64,000 bases of DNA from Ascidiella aspersa (GCA_963924565.1 OZ004607.1:27714001-27778000), one strand, 5' to 3'; shown: positions 12,301 through 23,029, counted from the stretch's first letter. Numbers and translations are program-made. The notes: generated by a model not told the origin, from the letters alone.

Positions 12301-15300
12301 TTATATATTTAAACAAGTGTTGAAACTGGGAAAATACTCTTTTACCATGTAACACCCCGCTATAATCGAAACAAGAGCCAGCAATCAATTTCCAATTAAA
12401 AACAAATTATCCTGAAATCGCAACTTCGCTACAAAGCTGGTTTTGCTTAAAGTACTCGAAAGCTGGTTTTGCTTAAAGTACTTGCATATGCGTTTCTTGT
12501 TTGTGACATCGATTAATCAATTTCTTCCTCCAGGAACGGGATGCCACCGAAAAGAAGTTCGCCCAGGAGCGGCTTGATCTCGAGGAGGAGGAGAGACGTA
12601 GGATCGCGGAGGCGCTGGGAGAGTTCGAGAAGCAGCTGGAGGAAGAGACGGAGCTGGAGAAAATGAAGGGAGAGAAGACTCTCGCAACTCTGGCGAAGAG
12701 AAAGGGCAAACTGCTCAAGGTGGGTCAAAGAGGACATTTTTTTTTAATCTGACTTGAAAGCTACACTTGGATAAGTTTGCCAGTTGGTTAAGGGCAGTGG
12801 TTCCCAAACTTTTTGTTCTTGCGACCCCTTTTACGTTTTTAATAACTTGCGCGACTCCCCAATTATAGTGTATGATACACAACCCAAAATCAATAAAACC
12901 ACATTTTTAAATTGACAAAATGCAATTGGGAAAAAATCTACACGGATTGTATCAAATTTGGCTAAAATATACGCATTTAAGTAGCCTATGTACAACAAGC
13001 TAAAGTTACGGGTAACGCGTCGCTTCATTTTTATTAGACATTGTTTGACTGAAGCTACGCTTGATTCATTACTTAAAGTTGAATGGTGACGTCATAAACA
13101 CGACTGGTTCACCGCAGCAAACGCCACATAAACACAAATGTTAGACTGGCGGTTGCTTTCTCCTTCTATACTGCTAAACTTTTAGTTCATATTGCCCATT
13201 TCTTTTATCAAAATACTACACGGCGACCCACCAGACAACCCCTTGCGACCCCCTTGGAGGTCACGAGGCCCAGGTTTGTAACCACTGGTTTAGGAGTATA
13301 CTCTTTATATCAGGGGTTCTTAAACTAGGAGGTGGTGTAAGCGTTTCCAAGGGAGGCGCGAAAAACTCTCCGATATCATTTATATAATATTAAGGTTTGC
13401 TAAAACGAATATTACCTTCTATTTCTTTTTAACTAATTTTTGGTTGTAACTAACATACGTTATTATATTCCAAGGACCAGAATACTTGCTATACACTGTA
13501 GTGTACAGTGTTGTACGGAAAAATTATACTAGTTCATTCCTCAAACAAATTTTTGCCAATTTACAATGTACATAACCTAAAAGTTTTTAAAGTATTAAAA
13601 ACACTGCTTTACATTCTCTTTTGAATTTTAAAACTTTGAACCTCTGTGCTAAACAACAATTCAATATCATAGGAGAAACGGCAGAACATGAAAGAGGAAC
13701 TGGAACGCGCTGCAGCTGCCGGAGCAAGCGAAGAGGAACAGAAGAGAATCCTGGATCAGGTTCGTCCTCTCTTAAGTATCAAAATAGCAGGACGGTGTCA
13801 AAATTGTAGTTCTAAGTATAATAACAAAGCCAGAGAAACATTTATGATTGAGTTTCGGCCACGTTGCCATTGTTAAGAATAACTGTGAGATTGCAAAAGC
13901 GCATCTTGATGTAAGTGCTTTATGATCTATTAAATTGTGTAATCATTCTATTACTTTGGGTCAAACGGTCAAAGGTCACTGGACACATGGTGCTTTGACA
14001 TTGTAGTTGTCCCTACGGCAGTTGGTGTTACTACCTTGTCGCGGCAGGAGCTCATATTGTGAGTTACTTGTAAGTGTTTGGCGATGATGTTTAACTTACA
14101 CTGATGCTGTTTATTCACTTGTCTTTTACACTGATGATGGCATAAGTTATGGCGTAAACGTCTGTAAATTGCGAAATGTCGATTTTATTGAATATTGTGG
14201 CTTTGATATTTTTATTGAGATGCTGTTTATGTTTCAAAAACACTGTTTTATATTCATTCCAATTAAGATATGAATCCACTTGTGTAAGCTTTTGTGTTAT
14301 TAATAAATTCCTTTACACTGATAAAGACTTCAATATCGGATCGGATCCATTAGTTTTCAGCCATCGCTCTTTTTTCTCCAGCACGAGAAGGACGTCGAGA
14401 ACCTGACGAACAAGATGGACCAGGAGCGCATCCGGATGCAGAGCAAGCTCCAGGAGAGGATGAAGAAGATGCGCAAAGAAAAGATCGCGGTTGGTGTTAA
14501 TCAGAAAATGTCTGCAAACGTATAACTATGGACGAGGAAAGATTGTGTTTATGTCTTAGATATGCGACTATTTTTGGACCATCTATATTTTGGAAAATTT
14601 ATTCGAATTAAAAAACTGACGATGCCTATTTACAAGGCGAAATGTATATTTCTTATAGGAAAATATATATTTATTTTTTTTAGTTTGAAAAAATGATTTC
14701 ATGTTTTATATCTGTTTTTATAAACAGTCTTACGATCATCTAATACGAAAACAATCTTTTTTTTACATTTTTTTGTCTGCGGGAGATTCCTTACTTCCTA
14801 AAGTGTTTTAGCTAATATCTTGAAAAATTATGATATTCTAATAACACGTTTATGATTGGGGCATTTATTATTGCTATAGATTACGTATGTAAAAGTATGT
14901 CAATGATTTTAGGCGAAGAAGCAAGAATTAAAGGACGAAGGTGATGCCAACAAAAAGGATTTCGAAAATAAACAGAAATCCGAAATGCAAAAGGTTCAAG
15001 AAAAACAGGTGCGTTTTTTGCCGAAAAAATACCTGTCTTAGAATAAAACTAATGATATCTTTAGCTGCATACCATAAAATACAAAACAAACTCTTCATAA
15101 ATTTGTTACGGTATCAAAAAGCATTTTACTATGTTAACAAAACAGCCTTGTTTTCTGCTCAAGTGGAAGTGGATCTTATAGCTACCACTTTAGGTTAATA
15201 CTCTTTAGCGTAACGTATCTAATTGTCATCTTTATCGTAAGTGTTAAAAGTTAATCCTATTGTCAGATCCAAGAGATCCAGGAAGCAGCGGAGGTGATGG

Positions 15301-18300
15301 ACGGCGAGGCAAAAAGAGTGCAGGATCAGGCGATACCCCATCTTCCTCAGAAGCAACCGGAAGACTTGCTTCAACGCGGTAATGCTATGATACATGACAG
15401 CGACTAAAATTTACGGCCCCGAGTCTGTCAGTTGGTTAAAATACTTTGGCTATTAGACTATAAAATAAACTTTTAATGCACAACTAACTGTTAAGTAAAT
15501 GGCCAAACTAAATGGTAAAACGCTATATATATTCACACACAAATGCAAAAACGGTTTTTATTTTAATGGTGAAAATAACGGCCCAAATAGGCGTTAAAAG
15601 CGACATGCTTTATTTTCAAACGTTTCGGCAAATTCTCATGCCATCATCAGTGATGTTTGCCGAAAAGTTTGAATAAGAATTTGCCGAAACGTTTGAGAAT
15701 AAAGCATGTCGCTTTTAACGTCTATTTGGGCCGTTATTTTCACCATTAAACTTATGAACAGATCCGTATTAAGTGTTCCAAGGTTTTTATTTCATTACAT
15801 ATTTACGTTTAGTTTGTTAAGGTTTACTGCAGAAAAATTTTACTTTCCTTCCTCTTCACATAATAATTTGTTTGAATCAAAACGCTTTTTTTATTAGACC
15901 TAATATTTCTTTTCTAATTAACCTCCGTCTTTAGACGCACTTCAAGAAACTACTTATCCTGCTGTTACATTCGACCCCAACGTTCAGATGGTTCCATACG
16001 CCGGACCCACAGTTCCATCAATGAGGTAAGTGAGCTCAGTGGTCGTATACTTTTCGTTGCCGAGAATTAAAATAAAAAATGACAAATTTTATTTGCTTTA
16101 AGTAAATTTCAACAGTGTCTTTAGATCCTCCAAAAAATGCTACAGTAAAAATGCTTAGTTGTTAATAATAATTAATAATGAAGGTAACTAAAGATGATAC
16201 AAGTTCGCATCGAAACGTCTTAATTAAAATGATTTCGATTTGCTCAACCTTTTTGACTTTGCAATTCATTATCAAGCAATAATAAAGATGCATTCAGATA
16301 ATGTTAAGGATAGATGAAGATGCTGTTTTTATTTTTTTATTTACTACAACGTTTTATTTTTGACAACATCATGCCTATTTAATAGCTAGTGTGTCGGACG
16401 TAGGTTTTGAACTTGTTCACTAAATCTATTCCGAAATCATTAGGCTATTTATTGTTGTTTGGTTCAATTCAGCGAGGACGATGTCCACAAAATGCTCGTG
16501 TCCTCTCCTCTCTTCCATACACTCCAAGAGATCAGGGAGGTCCTCGTGGACGAGAAACAAGCCGGAGGAGGATCGACATCCGTCTTCACCGGTCCAGGTA
16601 AGTCGTGAACTTTTGGTGACGTTGCAAAGACGAAAAACTGTTCGTGATCCTAATAGTCGTGAACTTTAAGTGACGTTGCAAAGACGAAAAACTGTTCATG
16701 ATCCTAATATACGTTCAGTAGAAAAAGAGTGGCCCATATAAATGATAAAATATTTATTATTTTAATTGCATACGTTTCGGCAAGTGCTTATGCCATCTTC
16801 AGTTGCCGAAACGTATGCAAATAAAAGAATGAATCTTTTATGATTTATTTGGGCCACTCTTTTTCTACTGAAGATTATGAACAGATCCGTGTTTAGTGTT
16901 CCTAATATACGTCGCTAGGATTTTTGTAATACGCAAGGTTGTTGTTTACTTACTCAGATATTGATAATTGCTTGGTGGCCGGATCGCAAAAACAACAAAA
17001 GACAAACAAAATGCATGAATGTATGATGTACACCTGAAAACAACAACAAAATTTGATTGCCGATTAAATCAAATAAAACCAATTAAATGTTTAGTACCAT
17101 AAAATGTACTTTGGCTGTACAGTAGATAATAAGTATATGCATCAAACAAGTATATGTGTAAATTGTTTAAAGAAAAAAACGTTTTGTCATCCAATAGCCT
17201 CGTTTAAGTTTTTCTGGTCGATGCGCGACACTTGTAATAAAGTTTTTTTAAAGCAACCAGTGGTTTTCAAATATAATCTTTTATCGAATGAATCAAGCTT
17301 GTAATTATGTGTTTTTGTAAAAACCAGTGGTTTCCAAGCCTTACCTTTCTTATAATTAGTTTTTATTATGGAAACCAGTTTCTTCCAAGTCTTACCTTAA
17401 TTCGAATGAAACAAACTTGGAATTAAGTTTAATATATAGAAACCCGTGGCTTCCCACTCTTACTTTAATTCGAATGAATCAAACTTATAATTAAGTTTTA
17501 TTTATAGTAACCATTGGTTTCCAAGTCTTACATTAATTCGAATGAACCAAGCTTGTAATTAAGTTTACGCGCCCTTTGCCTTGCAGACGTGAACAGCACT
17601 GACGGCGACCTGATTCCGACTCCTTTGGCCGAGCTGAGCGTACGAGAGCTGGTCGCCTACAAGTTCGGCACCTTCATCTTGACCCTGCTGCGCAGCAGGC
17701 GACCCTCACACCCCCCTGTCAGTCTCCTGGTGGCCGAGCGGGTGCCCGGGCGTCCCGACCTCAAAACCAACGCGTTCAGGGGCTCATTCTGGTACGCGGC
17801 CTTATTGTTTTTACGATGCATGTAATGATATCCTTTACCATAACTGAGTTGCAAAACTTTGTTTCACATTACGTCCACATTAATGTTTACTTCGTGAGTA
17901 TAAATCGGCTTTAAGCAACAAGATTGAAGCTTTAAACTCGTAACATGTCTTGAGAAACTTAAAAAAAAACTGTATGGGAACCCTATAGTTCAGTTACTCT
18001 CGACTTAGAACGAGCCGTTATAAGTATTAGGCCCTGTGGGCTCTTTTTATCAAATTACAGGAGTTGTAATTGTTTAAAAACAAGCAGTTTCCATAAGTTA
18101 TAGCAAGTACTTGTTAGTAGTAATTAGCATTAAAAGTTTGTCGCTATTATAGCCCAGTATAACCATGTGCGAACGCTGGTAAATGTTGCTTTCATTCATT
18201 AGTTTTTTTTACAAAAATGGCATCAGTTCGGTAAAAAGTAATGTTTTATCAAAATAACCAGTGCTTTTGTCTAAATCAACGTTTATATTCTTTGTGCAGT

Positions 18301-20859
18301 TCGTAATTGGTGGGTAATCCCTCAAAACACAACACTTGTGCCAAAACGTTTCGAACGCCTTTAACCTTTATATATCGTGCTTCAGATTGCCGATTTTTTT
18401 CTTTTTTCAGTTTCGACGAAGGCAACGGCATCCTGTACGTCAAGCGCGAGCGCCTTCACACCGATTCGGTCGGGCGACTCTCCCTGCTGCTCGTCCACAC
18501 GATGGCGCACATCGCGTGCGGCGACCTGGAGGCGGACTCGTCGGCCAAGTTCGTGGAGGAATTCTACCAGTGCCTGGCCGCGCTCAGTGACGATCTATTC
18601 TTTGCACGCTACAAGGGCGACGCGGGAGAGTTTGGCAAAGGTGGGTGATGGTCGCCTGAGCTGTTTGCGCTTGAACACTCTCGACCGTGTTTGATTTCCG
18701 GAGTACCTTAGTCGTTGATTTGGGTGCTTTCGTTTCACAGATTTTTTTAGCGGGGCTTTTAAATATGAGTGGAAGCCCTGGTATTTTTTTAGGGTGTCGA
18801 TCGATTTTCAGAAGGTTTACTGAAATAGCTGTTTCTCTATTTGTTTTACTGACAAGTTGGCATTCATTTTTCTCGTTTTATTTCACGGACAGCGTCAATT
18901 CTCGTTTTTTTATTTCCAAGTCATAACACAAAACGTGACCACTGAATCTTGAGGACATGGGATACACGTAATAACAATTAGCAAAAACTCGCCTAGGCAG
19001 AGAAACGACGTTTCTTTTAGTTACACGTTGGTTCTGCTAACCGTCGTATTTGACCGTTTGTCGCCAGTTCAAAATTGGTTTCGTTAACAGAACATTAGAC
19101 TGTTTAAAACGACATAAAAGAAGCAAAGGAAATTTATTAGGGGTGCCTTGTATGTTAGGTTAAAACAAAAAGGGAAAACAAAACAATTATTGCAACAATG
19201 TTTTACCGCAGGCGACAAGCAGCCTTCCAAGCCCGAGCTGACCAAAGACGTGCTGGACGTCAAACTGCCCGACCGCGAAACCGGCGACGAGGGTCGGTCA
19301 TTCCACAAGAGGGCGGTAGACGAGCGACTTGCCAAGTACGCTCAAACTGCGGTTAGCTCCACCGTGCGGCAAGAAATAGGAAACATTGAGTCGAAAGTCA
19401 CGAAGGTATCCGATTTATGTCAAATTGAGCTTAGTTTTACGCTAAAAAACTATATAATATTTTAGATTGAAGTGGAATTTTAAAACCTAAAATCTTTACA
19501 AATCTGAGTGGCTCTTTTGACTGAGATCTATCTAAAGCGTTTAAAAATATCTATTAGCTTGTTTCAATTCCCACTAGTGTTGTATTGTCGCCTTCATTGT
19601 ATCTCAATAAATCTCTATCGCTTTGAATAACTTTTACATAAATTGTAAAATCTACAAAGTAAAACAATAAAATATTTTTAAATATTAGGCAAAGGGAGAT
19701 GGAACATTGGATGAAATAGACAAGAAACTGGCTACGTTAGCTCCTGCCACTCCTTCAACATCACAATCAATCAGGTGACAGTGATACAGATTGAAATAAC
19801 GCCATAACTAGCATTTCTTTTTCTAATTACTAGGGGTTAATATTGGGCAACACAAATGTCGATTTTAAAGTAAACCAATTTTGACCATCAGTTGTAAAAT
19901 GCCTTCCAAAAGTGACAACTGAGCTAAACAAATAAGGTGTGATATGCCATGTATTGCACGTGGCATGGCTAGCGTGATAGTTTCCCAATCAGCGTGATGG
20001 TTTCCCAATCTTTTGAAGTGACAGTTAGTTTTGTCAGTGAACAGAATCAGTTATGCAAAAATATATTAATACGGTTGCATACATTTTTTGAAAACAAGTC
20101 GTTTTAATAGTTAGACCTACAATAAAAGCAACTCTAAATTTCCTATATATCTCAGGCGACCCGACACGAGAAGCTCTATCTACCCTGAAAGTGGCGACGC
20201 CGACGCACTAAACACCGAGTTCGTGACCTTGTCCCGCGAGGCGGGTGACCTTCACACTCGACTGAGCTCACGTGACGGAGACGAGGTGACGGTGCGCAAT
20301 CGACTGAACAACGTTCAGATCCGACTGTCCGAAGTACAGCGACGGTAAGTTTGATTCTTCTCGGGTAAAATCTGTATGATATCTGAGATTTACAAATGGC
20401 GAAAGGTTTTAAAAATCTTAAAAGTGATTGTTGTTTCTCTAGTTGACAGTTATTTCCTTACACAAAACTTTCTCTTAAAGCTTGATTTTATAAACGATTT
20501 TTTGAGGTCGTATAAGTCACACGCGTAAATTAGTAGGGTAAGGCGACAAACACATTTTTTCTGAATCTAACTGCGTTGTGTTGCAAACATTGTTATGTCA
20601 ATTTACGTTATTTTTTCAAGTCGCACTATTAGCATAATTTTCTAATTTTGACGGCTGAAACAATAGCAAGTGATTTAGGTATAGGTTAAAGTATTTTTAT
20701 GTTGTACATTCGCAAAAAAACTAGAAATCTGAGTGTTGTAACAATGTACCTCAATTCGACCAAACTAAGTAAACTAACATAGTATAATAATTTTGTTTAC
20801 CAAAGAAATTAACCACAATACACGATTTTTGCAATTGCAGGCTACGGACACCACAGTAA
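399..20859 (+). CDS. 3' part (30 exons, ~1385 codons, 5'-truncated by the window edge) of an uncharacterised giant coiled-coil protein with a C-terminal globular domain
   Basis: GT-AG exons joining in one open frame: 399-472, 753-851, 1474-1692, 2378-2555, 3264-3433, 3927-4043, 4435-4524, 5243-5407, 5789-5914, 6439-6651, 7736-7960, 8419-8622, 9598-9702, 9818-9922, 10122-10231, 11140-11254, 11538-11651, 12534-12719, 13673-13759, 14382-14489, 14913-15008, 15267-15378, 15935-16025, 16473-16597, 17587-17791, 18411-18640, 19212-19405, 19689-19774, 20156-20344, 20841-20859 (TAA; this last mini-exon is the least certain). Translation is E/K/R/Q/L-rich and helical, followed by a globular segment (..NAFRGSFCFDEGNGILYVKRERL..LLLVHTMAHIACGD..). 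Confidence 0.9.
4918..5124 (+). mobile_element. Penelope-like element remnant (pLTR fragment), copy 1
   Basis: Pyrimidine tract, then the hammerhead, then ~60 bp shared with 14160-14220, then tail ccgtgtattgtgttcc similar to the tails of copies 3 and 4. Approximate flanking duplication ttagtttcgtatggt / ttagttcgtatagt. Left boundary uncertain. Confidence 0.6.
5002..5045 (+). ncRNA. Minimal type I hammerhead ribozyme motif (Penelope-like element type)
   Basis: tttaca-CTGATGA-t-ggca-cgagttat-tgct-GAAA-cg-TC-tgtaaa: 6-bp stem I (tttaca/tgtaaa), intact core boxes, 4-bp stem II and a tiny palindromic stem III (ACGT). Predicted cleavage after C5039. Confidence 0.8.
5151..5242 (+). repeat. Three tandem copies of a ~31-bp unit that contains the splice acceptor
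   Basis: aaaacaacgtaa(n)catgcttacatcactcag-like unit x3, ending at the AG of exon 5243. Confidence 0.85.
7080..7300. repeat. Degenerate minisatellite (acatccgtaa-like core)
   Basis: Recurring acatccgt / acatct / acatcagt variants about every 15-20 bp. Confidence 0.6.
8709..9128. mobile_element. Longer member of the same GACTT-rich hAT MITE family
   Basis: Many tgact(t) motifs. Right end taagtcatttcaaaatgacttgtttacaacactg is nearly identical to 35861-35894. Left end uncertain. Confidence 0.6.
10315..10492. mobile_element. hAT-type MITE
   Basis: Termini cagtgcttcgcaatc / gtttggaaacgctg; 8-bp flanks gttcagac / gtttcgac (6 of 8 match). Confidence 0.6.
10501..10684. mobile_element. Degenerate hAT-type MITE abutting the previous element
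   Basis: Begins cttgatcaccaacc, ends ggtagagcaactg; flanks gtttcgac / gtttagac (7 of 8 match). Confidence 0.45.
12795..13287. mobile_element. hAT (Charlie-like) MITE
   Basis: TIRs cagtggttcccaaac / gtttgtaaccactg, subterminal gcgaccc motifs, 8-bp flanks gttaaggg / gtttagga. Confidence 0.7.
14114..14220 (+). mobile_element. Penelope-like remnant copy 2 with degenerate hammerhead
   Basis: Aligns by eye with 4991-5097. CTGATGA at 14131-14137 and stem I are retained, but the GAAA box is mutated to TAAA. Confidence 0.7.
15562..15779. mobile_element. Penelope-like foldback insertion copy 3 (75-bp inverted arms; hammerhead motif on the - strand at ~15616-15653)
   Basis: Arms 15562-15636 and 15676-15750 are near-perfect inverted repeats. 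Minus strand reads tca-CTGATGA-t-ggca-tgagaatt-tgcc-GAAA-cg-TT-tga. Tail ttatgaacagatccgtattaagtgttcc. Flanking direct repeat ggtttttattt at 15553-15563 and 15782-15792. Confidence 0.75.
16602..16708. repeat. ~54-bp tandem duplication next to Penelope-like copy 4
   Basis: gtcgtgaacttt..gtgacgttgcaaagacgaaaaactgttc.tgatcctaata present twice. Confidence 0.85.
16714..16902. mobile_element. Penelope-like foldback insertion copy 4 (~70-bp inverted arms; hammerhead core on the - strand at ~16768-16806)
   Basis: Arms 16714-16783 and 16803-16872. Minus strand reads CTGAAGA-t-ggca-taagcact-tgcc-GAAA-cg-TA-tgc. Tail ttatgaacagatccgtgtttagtgttcc. Perfect 13-bp direct repeat tcctaatatacgt at 16702-16714 and 16900-16912. 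Confidence 0.75.
17255..17566. repeat. Minisatellite of 5 units, ~68 bp each (one internally deleted)
   Basis: Unit aaccagtggtttccaagtcttac.ttaattcgaatgaa.caa.ctt.taattaagttt; ends ~20 bp before the acceptor of exon 17587. Confidence 0.85.
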
Positions 20860-21975
20860 ACGTACGTCGAAACAAGCAGTCTGAATTAAATTCACAAAAT
20901 GTTTTTCTGTGCAATCTTAAACAATAATTTTGCAGTTGTATGTTGTTTAAAACAGCCATGCTAAATCATACCAGCAGTATGAACGGAAATGTTTCCTGCT
21001 TACTTTTATCTGGTGCTGGATTATATTTAATTAGTTATAGATGTTGTCAAAAGCTTGTTAAAAAAAGGTGTGCACTACATTTTGATAATAATTATTGTAC
21101 ATAGGCCAAAGTAATCCGTAGCACTTAAATTATTATGTTTTTCTTTCACTAACGTCTTCTTTATGTTTTGTACTGTGCACATTTCAAAGCTTCACCCGAT
21201 AGAATGGCCAACACATATAAAGCCTATTTTTATACACTTTTTGTAATAATTTTTCATCGTTGATCACTGTTACATTTCTACACACTGTTACTCGTGATAT
21301 GTGTTTAGAGCCTTTTTTGTAGTGTTGTTCACGCACACTCCAGTTAGATAAATTAAAGTAGTTTAATATATTAAACTTTTGTTTGTCTTGTAGCAAGTAA
21401 AGCCTTATAAACACTTACTTGTCGACCAAGTTCTTTAGGTAAGATAAATTCAAACCGATGATAGAAGACAGCATTTCAAACATAGAGTAATAGCACATCT
21501 TTGATGGGATTTTTGTGGCTTTTTGCGTTTCCGACAAAATCAGTTCGTTAACAAGTAAGATTTGCCTTGGCGACTTTTCGAGACTTTACTAAAACCGAAC
21601 ATCTGACAAAATCATTCAGAAAACAAATTTTAAATATACCTGGTGGGATTGTTAAACATAAAAAATGTTTTTACACTGAATATAATGTTTTCACTTGTTT
21701 GGATAACTAGATAACCAAATAAAGTTATTTTAAGCCATTTAGAATGAATTGTCAGTTTTAGTTTTGTGTTCTAATGTCAAATTTAAATTCAATCGCCATT
21801 AAAAATGTGTCAAAGAAATGTTGCTTAACACATAACAGACGAAACAAACTGAAAATATTAACGTAGATCACCTATGACGACATAATATATTCTCGCCTCA
21901 GCAAATACGCGGGTAAAGAGCAATTACAAACCAGCAAAAATTTTGCAAAATAACAGATATTTGCTGAAGAGAGAT

Positions 21976-22954
21976 ATGCAAAGCGAGGAAAGGCTGCGAA
22001 ATTTGCAGTCACAGATGCAAAAGATGCAGAGTGAGATTATTTATTCAATGAAGTACAGCGACGAACTATACGACTACAGGTAGTGTTGCTGTAGCCCGGA
22101 TTCTGGAGTGACTTGCCATAACGAGAAAGAACAATTATATGTTGGGCCAGTGATTCTCAACCTTATAGATTTTCGGCACCCCGACTGGAATTTTCGTGGA
22201 GTATTTTACTGAAATGTCACTATAAATCGAACTGGAACAACACAATCAACTTAAAACATGAAGGAAAATGTCATTTGATATAGTGGTCTATAATAATCGT
22301 ACACCAGTAGTTGTATCAAAAAGCTTAGTAATTGAGCAAAAATCAGTTTCTTAATACCTCAATAGCTCGACACTCTTGAGCATTAGAAATGGTACACCAG
22401 GGCGAACACCACTGTGTTAGGCTGTAGTGTTATAAACGTTGCAGTCGTAATGCAAGCAATGTTATTTCCCATTCAAATAACTATGCTTTATAAGAAAAGT
22501 TCACACGACTGTTTTACTAAAAAAGTTGTGTTACTCAAAAAGTTTTTTTTACGGCTCAAGTGGGTGGTTTATACTATAGACATGTCTTCTTGCCACCGGC
22601 CTTGGCACAAATGATTCCCGACAAACACCTAATGACAGAAAGTGAGTGGAGAAACTTGGGTGTTCAACAATCCATTGGCTGGAAACACTACATGATACAC
22701 AGTCCAGGTACATCACACAACGTTTACAAAATATATATTTATTTGTATAGTTAAAGCAATAAAAGCTACAAAATCAAGTTGAAATAAAGAGACTATTAAA
22801 AAGAAAAATTAGACAAAAAGAATATTTAAAACGACATACTTTAAAAATGTGTTATGGACCATTCATAAAGTTTTAATATAACCTTAATTTCTGTATTTTT
22901 GTAGAACCGCATATACTGCTTTTTCGAAGACGCAATAACCGAATGGAATTATAA
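21976..22954 (+). CDS. CKS1: Cyclin-dependent kinase regulatory subunit (Cks1/Cks2/Suc1 family), 93 aa from the first ATG
   Basis: Exons 21976-22079, 22580-22707, 22905-22954. Translation [55 protein letters not shown] is the Cks signature. Start codon ambiguous (21976, 22014-22016 region or 22024). Confidence 0.95.
22148..22414. mobile_element. hAT-type MITE in CKS intron 1
   Basis: Termini cagtgattctcaacc / ggcgaacaccactg; TSD tgttgggc / tgttaggc (7 of 8 match). Confidence 0.6.
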
Positions 22955-22968
22955 CAGAACAAATTGCT

Positions 22969-23005
22969 TTTATTAGTGTATGCATTTATGGAATCATGGA
23001 ATAAA
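22969..23005. terminator. Opposed poly(A) signals of PIH1D2 (-, 22969-22974) and CKS (+, 23000-23005)
   Basis: AATAAA on each strand within the 75 bp between the two stop codons. Confidence 0.55.
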
Positions 23006-23029
23006 CAATAAGAAATTCCTGAGACAATT

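Noticed and set aside
17255-17566. Repeat array considered as CRISPR
   Set aside because: Contiguous degenerate units without unique spacers, in a eukaryotic intron.
19944-19970. tattgcac (miR-92 seed-like) inside a short hairpin
   Set aside because: Stem is only ~8 bp and the rest does not match miR-92.
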